Origin: Geosiphon pyriformis uo1
Lineage: Eukaryota > Fungi > Glomeromycota
Length of the DNA: 64,000 bases
Assembly (NCBI GenBank): GCA_016748015.1
Contig: JAAOMT010000495.1
Coordinates: forward strand, 1-64,000
Direction of reading: 5' to 3'
The notes under the pieces were generated by a model, which was not told where the DNA came from, did no database searches, and saw only the letters and a list, made by a program, of their open reading frames with translations. Made by a program: the position numbers and the translations under genes. This document shows, in pieces, positions 24,481 to 38,716 of this stretch (its first letter is position 1; each line of letters opens with the position of its first letter).

Positions 24481-25616
24481 GTCTGTTTTAGGATTAAAAT
24501 AACTTTTTTATAATTGGTTTAGTGTTTTATTAATAAATATTATAGATATGATAACAACTGATAATTAATTGGGTTTTTTGTGAAATTTTTTTATTTATGT
24601 ATTATAAACAAATTAATCATTAAATATTGTTCTATATTGGTTCTATAAGATATAAAATCTATTATTTAATACTTTGTTAATTATAAATAATTTTTTCTAT
24701 TAACTTAAAAATTTGTTATCAAAAATTTTGTCTTAATCTAATTGCTATTTAAGAACTAAATTACCAATACTTAAAGAAAGTGTTTTATATTTTTTTTTCT
24801 TAAGTCATTTTTAAAATGTTCTTATCTTTTTATAAACAATTATTTGAATTTTTATTAAAGAGTCTAATATTGTTTTAAGTTTTTGTTGTAAGATATTTTT
24901 ATAATTAAGTTTAGTTATTTTTTCAAAAAAGTATTGTCTTAATATTAGTTTCAATAAATAATATTGTCACATATTATAGAATAAATAAAAAAAGTTTATA
25001 GCCAGTTATTTTATTATTTACTGTTCTATAAACAAAGAGTATTAAGAACAAAATTTTGTTTTATAAATTTGTTTTTTTACTGGTTTTTTCTAAAGTTTTG
25101 CAAAGTGTTTAATTAAAATATTCTACTAATGTATTGATTTATGAATGATAAAAGAAGAAAAATTTGTAATATATTTTAAGTTTCTTCAAAGTTTTTTATC
25201 AATGAGCTAAAAAATCTTTTTTTTTATTTGGAAGTAGTTTTTGAGAGCATCTATATTTACATATAAATTTTTCATAAATGAAGTTAACAATTAAAATAAC
25301 TGTTTAATCTGATATAACTTTTGTTTTTATCTATTTTGTTAAGTAATTTGTTGTTGTTATAATGTATCTATTTTTATTAGAGATAATTGTTAAAAATCTA
25401 ACAACATTAATTCTAATTTTATCGAAAAGTTAATTAACAGAAATTATATAAATGGTTTCTTTTTAATTGAACTTGTCTTTTTATTAATAGGTTTTACAAG
25501 TTTTAATATATATTCTGTTATATTTTTTTCTAAGATCAGTTAATAGTATCTTGTTAATGTCTTTTTGAATTGTTTTTGTTTTTCCAAAATGTTCTGCTAA
25601 AAATCTAGTATGCATA

Positions 25617-26051
25617 CACTCAGCAGAAAAAAGTCATGGGACACTTTATTATTTCTTTAATAACTTTTTATTTTATTTAATACTTAATAACTAGTTGGTC
25701 TACTCTCCTTTTTAATATATTCTTCAATACGTTTAGATGCACTAGTAACAAAATTTAGATAATTATTTCGTGGAATTGCTTGCCATTTTTCTTGTAACAC
25801 AATGAATAATTTGTGATTATTTTCAGGGCGTGGATTTCATTTTTTGAGCTGTTTTTGTAAATAATCCCATAAATGCTCTATTGGATTCAAATCAGGTGAT
25901 TGTGCTGGCTATTTAGAAAGTAAATTGAGCCATCCAAGTCTTTCCTTTGAACTTTGAATTTTTGAATATTCATGTTTATCAAAAAAAATCCTGAAAAATT
26001 TTATGTTGATAAAAAAATGTAAAGTGTCCCATGACTTTTTTTTGCCGAGTG
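25617..26051 (-). mobile_element. Internally deleted Tc1/mariner element (435 bp)
   Basis: 32-bp TIRs CACTC(A/G)GCA(G/A)AAAAAAGTCATGGGACACTTTA with TA TSD at 25615-16 and 26052-53. Minus strand encodes a Tc1 C-terminus: *PAQSPDLNPIEHLWDYLQKQL...LQEKWQAIP...RIEEYIKKESRPTSY*. Confidence 0.93.
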
Positions 26052-29000
26052 TATGATCTAATATTAGCATTTGACTACAATAGATTGGACTTTACTGTAA
26101 ATTGTAAGTTTATAAAACTTATAATCAAAAAAAGTTTTGGCTTTTTTCAATCATTTATTTCCAACAATTATGGTATAATCTTTTACTTTTGATACTTTTA
26201 TATTAGTTTTAATATACATATTATTAATTTGAATGAGAACAGTTTTGATAATTTCTAAATTTTTTTTTGTTTTTATGAATACTAGTTATAAGTTTAGCTA
26301 ATAGTTTATTTACTTTTTTTTTAATTGTATCTAAAAAATACTGGGCTATAATATTGATTGATAGATCACTATTTAATATTAGATCTATAAAATATTCGGC
26401 TATTTGTGCTTTATAAATAAGAAAAATAACATTATTACTAAGAGCTAATATTGTTTATTAAAAATATTTGTTGTTTTTGTGCTGTTTTTTTTGGGTATTA
26501 AAAATTTTTGAAGATTTTTTCAGAATTATAGATAAGTTATATGCTAATCAATAATAATATAAGCAGATATTTCTATTAGATCTTTGATTATTGAATAGAA
26601 GTCTGATTTTTAAACTATTTTTGATGGTTTTAGCATTTTAACTTTAAAGTTTTATTTTGGTTATTAGATATTAAGTATTTGTATTAAAGTTCAGATTAAA
26701 ATCAATTTTCTGTTTCTTAAATCTAATATAATTTGATAATTTACTACTGTTTTTTGTAATTTTATGTTATCATTTGTTAAGTTAAAATTAAATAAAAGAT
26801 TTTTTTTGGCTTGTATTTTTATTCTTAAAAAATACTTTTACCAGTTTAAAAACTAATATTCTATGGCTTTAATTAAAAAAATTTTCAAAGAAGTTTATAT
26901 AAATCTGATTAGTATTTGAATTAAAAGCTTGATTATTATTGTTTTTATTATTTAATTGATTGTTGTTTCTTAGATTTGGGAAAAATATTGAAGAATTATT
27001 ACAATTTTGTATTATATAATTAGTATTTTTATATCAATAACAAACTGAAAAATTTTGGTCTTTAAGTTTCAGATTATATTAAGACTGTTAAGACTAATTA
27101 TAATAAAATTAATATTAAAGTTTTTAAAATATTTGGTATTTTTGTACTATTTTGGTTAATAGTTTTAAAAATCTGGTAAAGTTTGTTGTTAATTTATTTA
27201 TTAATTGTTTATTAAGATCTTGAATATAAACAATAAATAATATAACAGCTATTTGAAAAAAAAAAGCTAGAACAGTTATTAAAACAAAAACATGTTTTTT
27301 AAATGTATTTATTTTTTATTAATTAACTTATTTCTACTATTGTATTTAATATGAAATTATTTTTAATAATAAAAAGAAACTATAAAGCATAAAATAAATT
27401 TATTTTTTTATTTAATTTTTTTTGTATTTACATATTTTATTAACTTTTGAATTGCTTTAATATATTTAGTAATTATTTTTCTGAGTCTTGTGCTTTTTTT
27501 AGTTTTATTTTCTATTTAAATATTAATATTGTGGTACAAAATTTTTTTAGATTAGGTGATAAAAGAAGTTGTATTTTGACTAGCATTTTTAAGTAATTAT
27601 TGAATAATTTATTGAATTGTTTTTCTGATAGATTTTTGTATAAATTATATAACAAAAAATTCTTAAAAGTATTTTTCAACTATTTAAAATTTATAATTGT
27701 TGTTATATTAATTTGCTATAGCAGTTTTTTTAAAGTTTTTAAGTCATTTAATAAGGTCTTAAAAGTTTTTTTAAAACAAAAATAAAGAAAATATGTTTTA
27801 ACAACTTAAAATAATCTGAATGTTTTAAAAAATTAATAATATATCTTTTTTATTTTAAGTTATAATAAGTGTTAATATACATAATAAAAAGTTTGAATTA
27901 TTTAAAAAAAAGCTGTTTAATAGCTTTTTTTGTTTTCAGTTTTTAAAAAGTTTTTAATTTGTTGATATGTAATTATCTAATTGTAAATTTGTTGATTTAT
28001 AATTTCAAATTTAAAGAGAAGTTGATTAAAAATAACTAAAAATATTAATTGGTTAATATAATTATTTTTGGTTTTAAAATTTGTATTTATATTAAAAAAT
28101 CATTTTTTTGTTAAAATTTATTTGTAATAGCAAAAAAAATTAAACAGTATTAAAGTTAAATAAAAAGCCAAAAATATTAATTAAATATAATTTTTTATTT
28201 GTTATATAAATTGTTAAAAATAAAGTAAATTAAAAAATATTAAAATTTCAGTTTTTATAAATATATAAACAATTTTTTTTTTATTTTTTGAATTTTTGAA
28301 TTCAACAAATTTTTTATAAGTTTTTTAATTAATATATTTTTTTAATTTATATTTGTTATTAGAATTTTTAATAATAATTTGCTAAAAATTTAATTTACAA
28401 TTTAATTAATTATAAATTATATACATAACCAGTTAATTAGACTTATATTAAAAATAATTTTTTTGTATTCATATTTTGTATTTATTTGTTAAATTTTATA
28501 TTAAAAGTTTACAAATTCCAAAAACTGATAATTTACTTAAAGTATTTTTATTTATTAAAGACTTAATAATATTAATATTTATTATTATTTAAAAAATATA
28601 TGCCAAAAGTTTTTAAACATACTAATTACTATTTTATTAATATTTTTAATCCGTACTATAAATTTTAAATACAACAAACTAGATAGTATTTTAAATATAT
28701 AAAATTTGATTAACAATTATTTAATAATATTCTTATTTAACTTTAATAATTTTTATTTAATACAAATTTTTTAAAGTACCAGTTTAATAATAATATTATT
28801 AAAAAAATTTTAAAACTTGTAAATAATAATGACTTGTTTTTTTATTACTTAATAAATTATAGCCCAATTACTATTTATGTACATAAAATTTAAAATTTTT
28901 ATAATAAACACAGTTCATGTATTTTCTGTATGTGATCAGTTATTCATAACTTATTTTTAACATAATTGATTATGTTCTTGAATAATTATATTATTAATTT

Positions 29001-32000
29001 TTAAAACTGTATCATTAAAAAAAAATTAATCAAATTTGTTTTTAAAAATGTTTTTTTAAACAATAATTTTCTTTTAATTTAACAAACAAAGAATTTTAAT
29101 ACTGATTTTTTATTATAATAAAAGCAAAGTTAACTACAACAAAAATAAAAATAAAAATTATAACAAATTTTATAATTTTGAAAATTCAACAAATTTAATA
29201 AATTAAATTTTGGTGACAGCATTTAAAAAATTTTGAAATTAATATTGTTTTTTAATAATTAATTTAATATTAATAAAACCATCTAAAAACTAAAAATACG
29301 ATTTTAATATAAATTTATTTGATTTTAAACATACATTTAACACTTAAATAAAGATTACTTATTCAAAAAACTTTTAAAATATATTAATAATAATTTCAAT
29401 AATACTAAGTTTAAAATTTTAAAAGAATTTTTTTTTAAAAATTACAAAAATATTGCTGCTAAAATTAATGCCATTTTGAAAGTTGATATAAGATTAATAA
29501 AAAAAAACAGTAGTTCAGCTACTAGTTTGATATTAAAAGTCTTAAAACTTTTTGTGATAATATTAATAATATGAATAAAAAATAAAAGCAAAATAATAAT
29601 AGAAAAATTGAAAAATAATAAAAAATAATTAAAAAATAATAAAAAATAAATATTAAAATTAACAAACTTTATAATCAATTTTGATAAAAAAAAATTAAAT
29701 AAAAAATAGTAATAATTTCAAAAATTTAATAAATAAAAGATTTTAATAACCAGTGTTGACAAACACGATTAAAAGTAACAGATTATGACAAAAAAGTTAC
29801 TGTTTTCAAGCAATAGCTCTAAAATTTGAAATTGATGCACCAATTTTTTTATTTAAATATAATTTTTTCATCCAAAATCAATTTATAATTTTTGACAACC
29901 TTTACCAATTAAAATAATAATAATAATAATAATATATATTATAATATAAAGTATCTATTTATCGTTTTTCAAGTAAAAAAATTTCAAATTTTTTAATTGC
30001 AAGAAAAACCAATATATGATATATTTTCTTCGGATTGATAAAATCATTTTTTAAAATTATTATATCTTGAAAAAATATCACATTACCTGTTCGAATATCT
30101 TGAACTTAATAAAAAAAACCATCAAGAAAATTTGTTTCTTTATAACTATAATAGCAAATAAATAATCAATTTTAATTTTTAAAAAACCAAAAAAATATCA
30201 TTCTTATTTTCATAAATTCTCTAAGTATTTTAAATGAATGAATGAATTAATGAATAAATAAATAAATAAATAAATAAATAAATATTATTTTATTTTATTA
30301 AGATTACACAATTTTCAATGAAAAGATAGTCTTTGTCTTAAAAGTATTAAAAGTTTAAATGAAAAAGGTTTGGAATTTAGATAAACGAATAAATTGAATT
30401 ATGTGATATTTAACACTCAAAGGAATCAGATTAAAATAATTTGTGGCAATATTTATCAGTGTAACCAATTATCTTAAAATCAAAGTTTTCTCATGGATTT
30501 AATCGACCAAATCTTTACATATACGTCCTTGATTTTCATTGGATTCCCTTATGTGTGTTAAACTTATCGTTAAAAGCTGATTTAAAAAAGTTTTAAAAAT
30601 AATTTTGGAGGCTAATGGAATGTTGAAACCTCTCAAAAAATTAAGATTTTAAACAAAGAAAAAATTTTCTAAAATTTTCTCAGGCCAAAAAAGCAATTGG
30701 TCAATAAATCGATACTTATTCTCATCATTTTTGATCTGCTACTTTTTAATATTTTGTTACGATAATCGCTTTTTTTGATGATGAATTTTCCAGTTAACGA
30801 AAATCTCGTGAAATTAGCCATAAACTTATCTTTCGGATCTAAGTTGAGAATAATCAGATCGGAGGTCAAGTAACAAATGTGTTTTCCATTTTCCAAGTAA
30901 AAAAAAAAATTCAATATTTCTCCGACCCCCCCTTAATGTAACAGATCTGAGTTACTACTATATTTTAGAGTTTCATAGAATGACGCCATTGATCTGAGGA
31001 TATACAATGATTTGCTCCCTCCCAAAGTTTGTTTCTTTTTTTTTTCATTCAATTTTACTAAATAATATTTCGCACACTATTTAAAGTATTTGAAGCATGT
31101 TTAATATTTCCTCTTTTAAGCAAAATTTCAATATCCTTTAAGGTACTAGATCAAAAATGTACTTTTTAAAATTTTACTTAGATTTCCCACGATTCTTCAA
31201 ATTTTTCCGGTCAGTTTTGTAATGATTTATATTTCACAAGATTAAAATGAACTAACATATTGAATATTTGATTCAATTTCTGATTGAAATTTCTTGTTAA
31301 CACAAAATACCGTGAGAATTGACACCGAGAAGAATATTAATTTTTATTTTCTTTTACAAGTTTGGCTATTTTTATTTAATTCCTGATTTGATAATATTTG
31401 AGATGCATATCAGCAAATCTATTAAAGCTGGTTTATTCTGGAGCAAAAGGAGAAAATTTAATAATCTTTTAATCATTTCTTTTTATAGAAATCAATTTTG
31501 TGGGGTAAAGTTTTTCGATTATCCTTTTATTTATCAGGGATCAGATATAATTGTTGATTGAATACAAAGACATCCTGATTGTGAGTTAAAAAAATTCTTT
31601 GTTTTCCCCGCGTCAATTTGTCAATTCAAAAATTTAAGGTGTTTTTTTTTTTTTTTTTTTTATGAACAAATCAATTAAGGAAATACATTTTTAGTAATAA
31701 TTCAAAAAAAAAAATTTGATAGTACAATCAAAGTTTCTCATTTAAAAATTCCCGGAAAAAAATGTTCAGAAATAATTGTGGGAAAATTCAAAAAACTTTC
31801 TTTCAAAGTATTTTCTTTTATTAATCTGAAGCATCTTGGTATTATTATTACCCTGCTTCAAAATAATCAACAGTTCAGCTTGAATACAGATCATTAATAT
31901 AAATTTCATGATAAATTGAATTTACTAAATTCTAAAGGTGCATTTCTAAAAAAAAATTATGGGGCTTTGGGGGAATTTAACCTAATCAACGTTTATCAAA

Positions 32001-32405
32001 GATTTCTGTGATGAAAATGACGTACGCATTATCGATAAAAAACTTTTTATTCTTACCCACGGGAACGACGATATTATTATTATTATTATTTTTTATTATT
32101 TTCATGTTCTTTTAAAAATTCAGCAAAGCACTTTTAGTAATTCGATAGAATAATCCTGAAGATCTCTAATTTAATACCAGATTTGTGATGAGATGTGAGA
32201 ACAAATTAAATTTAAATTTACTTTCATATCAGATATAAAGAAATGATGATCGAGATTGTAATTCTACTATTTCCCGGGTAAAAAGTTTTTGAAAAATAAT
32301 TAATATAAAAAGAATTCTCATTCAAAAGGTACAAGTAGAGAGAATAATTAAAGCTCAAATTGAATACATTTAGTACCATTATTATTATCTCCTTAAAAAA
32401 CTACA

Positions 32406-32874
32406 ATGTCACGAGAAAAGTTTTACAAAGATTTCAATCCTGACCAAACCTTTCCTTTGATCAATTTTTTAAAAAAAATTTTAACAAAACCAAAGCTTCT
32501 TTTATTAATAACGATCTTGGGATTGTTTTTATTTATATCTAAAAACTTGAATTCGAATTCAATAAAAAAGACACCATTTATCAAAAAAAGGAACGATATT
32601 GTAAATTCCGCTCTTGTAAGCAAATATGAAACAGAAGGTGGTCAATTAGTGGCTATAAGTCAAATTCTAACGAGAACCAACACAAAAATTGTTGTCGACA
32701 ATCCAAATATTTTAAGTCTTGTCCAAAAAATGTCCAACTTTGCAAACATTCTTTACTGCTATCGATCTAAAGGAAGTGTACATTCATCAAACTCTTTGGA
32801 GGGCACTATGGGTAAGGTTTTGTGTCTCTCTGCTTTTTTTTTTCACTTACTGAACGACAGAATATTAACAGTTC

Positions 32875-32909
<35 letters not shown>

Positions 32910-33861
32910 TTTTTTTCTAATTTCAGCGGATTACCTCGCATTTCCTAAATCAAGAGAACTTATAGCTTATTTTCGAGGCCAGGAAATGTCAGTAGAACAA
33001 TGGAAAAATAGAAAAACTGATTTAGTTCCATACAAAAATGTCCCAGGGGCCTTAGTTGATAGTATTTGGGCGAGTAATTCACTCACTATTGAAGAAAAAC
33101 TTGAGTCGAAAATTTTGAAAGTCGTTAAAGATTATGAGGGAGAGGGTGGGACGGTATACTTAACTGGTCACGGTATTGGTGGAGGTAATTATATTTAATT
33201 TATATTCTTAAACTATAAAATTTCACATGTAAATCTTAAATTTTCTGATTTTCTTTAATTTTTTCATATACTATTACTACTACTACTACTACTACTACTA
33301 GCTTATGCTGTGCTCGTTGCTCTACGCTTGCTTGAAGCATATGAAGAAGCTAAAGATCGTCCTTCAGCCCAAATCAACGTAAAATTCGCCGCCATCTCAT
33401 TTGGTCAACCTCGTCTTGGAAATAAAAGATTCGTCGAATATTTAAATCAAAAATTAACTGTATATCGTGTCACAAATATGGACGATTATTTCCCTCATTT
33501 TCCAAATTCAAATGAATCTGAACTCTCTGAACCAATGGTGCATCACGATACAGAATATTGGATTTCAGATGACTGTGATTGCACCAATGAAGGATCTAAT
33601 AACGACGAATTGCAACTATACGTATGTTCTCAGGTCAAAAATGGGGAGGAAAACTTTGTAGGTTTCAAGCAAATAATCATTTTTTTGTTTCTTTTAGTAA
33701 TATTTTATGTCCTATTACTAAACATATTTTATTTCCTCTTCCAGGAATGTAATTTAGGGACAAAAGGATTAAACATAAGAGCCCATTATGGACCATACTT
33801 TGGAACAACATTTAGAGATTGCAGTAAATCTGGTAGCAAGAACAAAAAGTTCTTCCCATAA
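32406..33861 (+). CDS. Class-3 lipase-like protein with N-terminal signal anchor, Ser->Gly (L4), 4 exons
   Basis: Exons ~32406-32811, 32927-33184, 33302-33657 and 33745-33861. KLLLLITILGLFLFI TM, KKR; FANILYC; AYFRGQ; TGHGIGG; SFGQPRLGN; DDYFPHFP; HHDTEYW; CDC; AHYGPYFG. Confidence 0.9.
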
Positions 33862-34968
33862 TTATAATTTTTGAATTTTTCAATCGGTTTTTAACATTCT
33901 AGTTAGGGTCATTGTTTATAGACTATTTTAAGTATATTTTAGAAAATTAGTTTCTGGAAATTTCTATATAGATTTTGAATGATTATATTTAAAAAGGGAA
34001 TATTTTCCCCAAAAGTATATATATTTTTATTACCTAGCTCCGATAAATATCATAAACTTATTATTTGGTCTATTGACTTAAAAATAAACTCGATAATTTT
34101 TACCTGTCAATTATTAACAATATAGCTTTTAGGTTTTCTTGATAATTATGAAATTTTCCAAATATAATTTTACATTTAATAAAAATATATAGCGTAATCA
34201 TAAGCAAGTTTCAACAGCTAAAGAAAATACTTGAAAAAAAATCATTATAATTTAAAAGGTTTAGAATTTTTTTTTTTGGTAAACATATACATTTTAAGAT
34301 TATTTTATTTTAATGATTCTAAAAACAAATAAAGCAAATGGAAAAAAATAAAAAAATAACTTTACAGGTTTATGTAAATTTGAATTTTTAATAATAAAAA
34401 TTATACGCTATTAATCTAAAATTGTTCATCATAAATGAATGATGTAATTTGAGAAAAATAGTCTTATATATATATGTATATATAAATATATCATGAAAGT
34501 TTATTGCATCATCATTTTTAGTTATGGTTTTTTGATTTTAAAAGGATGTCCCAAGAAGTTAGGAAAAAAGATTTTTTTTAGAAAACTTTTTATACAATTA
34601 CATTTTTAACCCATATTCTGGATTTATGTGAAAAGAGAGATAAGAAAGTTGAAGACCTAATAGTAAAAAAATGATTTAACAATATACTTCAAGAAAAAAT
34701 CTCAAATTGAGGTTTTAGAATGATTTAGTGCTAGCATTATTGTACATAAATTATTTTATTAGCACATGATCATTGTTGCACTATTTCCTTGAGAATGCCG
34801 CTAGAAAAACCCGTTAAAAAAAAAAATAATGATTCGAACCTGTGTGTAATGTGTAATACCAAATAAGCACGGTGTACGCCGAAATGATCATCTTTTTTCC
34901 TATTTATAAAACAAATGCCTCTAAACAACCACTCTCTTCTCTAAAGCCACATTCTTCGAATATCTAAA

Positions 34969-37029
34969 ATGTTGACGACTGATGGAGCAAACCCTTTCGG
35001 TCAGGGAATCCCATTTCATCGAGGGAAACCAATTAAATTTTTACATTTTGAGGATGGAAGAATAAAATTAAATCCAGATGCTATCGACATTTTAATGTCA
35101 ATCGAAGGGAATATTGGAGTTGTTTCTGTCGGTAAGTAACCTGTTTTTACGAATCATCCATGTTGAATTTGGCCTAAAGTTTTATTGACCCTTGAATATC
35201 TTAAAGTGGGCAAAAAACACACTGGAAAATCTCACTTTGCAAATATCTTGCATGGTCGTCACGATGGCTTTGAAATGGGTAGCAAATTAAAAGGAACAAC
35301 TGAAGGTGTCTTCATGTGGGATACTCCATTTCAACATGAAGAAGGTTTGAAAGTCCTAGTTCTTGATTTCGAAGGCTTCGACGAAGATTCCTTATCAGAA
35401 ACAACGGAGTGGCACAAAAAATTGTTCATTCTTGCATTATCTATTTCTACGAATATTGTATATACGGTCGACAAATTTCCAACATCCCACACTATCGACC
35501 AATTATTGGCGGCAAACAATTTGATGGAGATGATTTCAAAAGAAAACGATGACAATTACAATGTTGATATTGGGAAGAGTTTGATTTTCTTATTGAAAGA
35601 TTGTATTTTTGAGACAAATGAAATGAATGAATATTTCCAAGAAAAGCTCGACAAGAAATTGGCTGCAGATAGTAAGTTGGTAGTTTATTAACTCATCTTT
35701 CCCAAACTTGAATAAATTTTCAAACTAATAAATTGATTCTCAAATTTAGGTTATAACTCATTCGCAGATACTTTTTCAGAAGTAGAAGTTTTTGGAATTC
35801 CGCCTCCAGGATTAGGTTTAGCTGACCTACGAAAAATGAATAAAGTTATGACTAATCGTTTCGATAAGGATTATATTGTCGCACTTACTAAAGCCGTCAA
35901 CGGAGTTTTATCAAATATCGGTCAAAAAAATAACCCAGCCGAAGGAACTTCAGCCAAGAAATTTTTGGCTAGGATGGATCTCACCTTGAATTACCTAAAT
36001 AATCAACTCCAACAAAAGATTTCTCCCATTATTCCTATTATTGATTATGAGTTTACAAAAGATGTTGAAGCTATCTGGAATCAATTGATTGAGCCTGGAT
36101 TACAGGAAGGAACTCCCTTTGTGAGTAATACATTTGATGTTTTGAAATTTATGTCGTTCTCTCTCTCTCTCCCTGATTATTATATAACTGGATTACTCGA
36201 ATTTAGGAAAATGAATTTATTCTTAAGAACAAATTATTCGAATTCTACGCGGAATTAACCCAACTTGATCATGAAGATATTTTCGTTGTCGACAAATTAT
36301 TTGCTAAGAAAGAGAAATTGGCAATACAAAGATGGAAATCATTTCTTCCCAAAAATCTTACGTGAGTCTAATTAGAAATTAGGTTCTCTGAATTCAATCA
36401 TTTCACTGACTAGTAATAACATTCCAAACTTTAAAATTCTTTTACTTCAGATGGATTGTAGATTTTAAAGTGAATTCTTCAGATTTTCGCGGTTTACCTT
36501 GGCCGGCACCTGGTTGGAAATGGGATAAAACTGATTTAAATCAGGATCACGGTGGAAAATTTATTCACATTGGATATAAGTTGGCAAACGCTGATGATGA
36601 TGAATACATATCTAAAAAGACAACTGGATTTTCTTGGTAAAATTTTTTGTCGTTATTTCAAAAATTAGTTATTCCATGAAAACTTCCTAATAATTAAATT
36701 TGTATTTTAGGAATCCGAAGGGGAAATTTTGGACTCATTCAGATTGTGTCACTGCTCTTTCATATCTTGCTTATGATGAACCGCTTACGACCAAACCATC
36801 TGGCTGGGACTTTTGGAGTCCTCAAGATTTATCTGAAGGGACTGGTGGAAAGTATATCTATCTAGTTTGGAATGTATGTGGTGACAAGCCTCCAGTTTTA
36901 GAAATCTATTTCGAATTTTCGGATGAAAGTAAGCCACCTGTTAAAGAAGGATGGATCGCAGCTGACCAAGATTTATGTGCTGGGTCAGGAGGAACGTTTC
37001 TTTGGGGATATTACCGTACTCTCGCTTGA
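34969..37029 (+). CDS. GBP/atlastin-like (GB1/RHD3) GTPase fused to C-terminal MABP-like beta-prism repeats, 552 aa, 6 exons
   Basis: Exons 34969-35131, 35207-35671, 35750-36120, 36207-36361, 36451-36636 and 36711-37029 join in frame (1659 nt). LNPDAIDIL..IGVVSVVGKKHTGKS (G1), GTTEGVFMW (G2), LVLDFEG (G3), LFILALSIST, FLLKD (G4), FGIPPP. C-terminal repeats PGW..DLNQDHGGKFIHIGY, SGW..DLSEGTGGKYIYLVW and EGW..DLCAGSGGTFLWGYY. Confidence 0.88.
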
Positions 37030-38173
37030 AAAAAGGTTTAATTTCCAAGGGTAGCAAACCAGATTTCCTCATTACATATAGCTTTTATGTTCGAAATGAA
37101 TATCGAAATTAGTTTTTTTGTCATTTCGTTATTGTATTCTGAATATCTTGAATTGAATTGCAACTTAAAAAGTGTGATTTAAAATTTCTATTAGCCATAT
37201 TTTATTTCGTATAATGAATTTAAAAGTGATACAATAAAAAAATTTTGACTTGGGGAAATGGTCATCCAGATTTTCTATTGGCCTATTCAGAGCATCCCGT
37301 GACAAGATAACCAAAGGTTTATTTGAATTAAACATCTAATGTGAATTTGTTTAAAATTTAATTTTTAGAAATAAACTAATTAACAATAAGCTAGCTATTT
37401 TGAATGAAATAAAAGTTGTTTAAAATGTATCCTCTTATCAAAGAAACTAATTAAGCTTTTTTTATGATGGATTTACTAAGAAATTTTTAATTTTTTACCT
37501 TGAAATTTCTTCAAAATGTTCATCTTTTTCATCAAAGTGTATCATTCAAACATTCTTCAATAAGGGAAAATACAATTCAGCCATTCAAAATATTAATTAT
37601 GAAAATGTCGTCATAAGGTTGACTATTAAAAGAATGGTTTCCTGTTGTTAAATTCTATAATAAACATCCCTAAACTATATCTATCACCAGCCATCGTTTT
37701 TTAAAACTTCTGATACAATGAATTTGTAAATTATTACAAATTTCAAGTATGGCAATAACAATGAATAAATTATTTTAAAAATGAAAATTCTTGTGGTTAA
37801 CCTTTTAACCAACTTAAAAAAACATGAGTTTTTATCAAAATTTTTTTTAAAACAAAAACAAAAATCTTTTTACTCTAAAATTAAACACAAACAAAATATT
37901 TTTAACAGATCAAAAAGCAAAGGTTTTTGTTGATAAATTTTAAAGATAATGAAATCAAGTAACAGCAAATGTTATTTGAAGATATTATAAGAAAATGGAA
38001 AAAGGTTTTATCGTAAAAAATAAAAACAATTAAATATATACATTTAAATTAGCTTTATTTAAGATTTTCATATGTAAAAGTGTGTTTTTAAATATTTGGA
38101 ATTAAAAGTATCTAAATTTTTTTAAGAGAACTGGATATTGATTATTATATGCAAATAAGTTGATAATAATAGC

Positions 38174-38233
<60 letters not shown>
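38174..38233. repeat. (AAT)20 microsatellite
   Basis: Uninterrupted AAT run; produces a spurious poly-Ile ORF. Confidence 0.9.
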
Positions 38234-38235
<2 letters not shown>

Positions 38236-38679
38236 TTTTTAATGTTATATATATATAGATATATATAAAAATTCTGTTATGTTTAATCAAATAATTGCTA
38301 TACATACCCCAACAAATTATTCTCTGGATCCTATGGATTAAGATATTGAGTCAATATTTATCAGCCGCAATTATTAATCAGTATGAATAAGATAATATGA
38401 ATAAGATAGTTGGTCTTTTTGCCATTTATGGTTTTAAGTTAGGATGATCTTTTTATCCGTTTATGAATTAACTCTATTCAGAATTTGAATCAAATTTATT
38501 TAATATTAACAGATTTTTAAATATTAATTTTGGGTTAAAATTTTTTATTAAGATTCATTAACTATTCATATATGACAATTAATATATATATTGTATAAAA
38601 AATTAATTTTGATTATTATTTTTATTTTTAAATTTTAATAATATTTTATGCAAATCTAATTTTTTTTAATATACAACAG

Positions 38680-38716
<37 letters not shown>

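Larger units (their letters stand above)
20900..29800. other. Extremely GC-depleted decayed repeat block (likely hypermutated retroelement remains)
   Basis: Almost no ORFs, near absence of CG/CC/GG. Plus strand is A-rich at ~21.2-23.6 kb and T-rich at ~23.9-28 kb, suggesting oppositely oriented fossil coding units. Confidence 0.55.

Noticed and set aside
27600-29678. F/L/I/K/N-rich ORFs in the AT desert (similar ones at 57413 and 58410)
   Set aside because: Compositional artefacts of extreme AT content; no motifs.
34969-37029. Calling the GTPase SEY1/RHD3
   Set aside because: It lacks the long stalk and C-terminal TM hairpin, and its motifs are closer to GBP/atlastin, so no gene symbol was assigned.
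38102-38305. Poly-Ile ORF
   Set aside because: Translation of an (AAT)n microsatellite.
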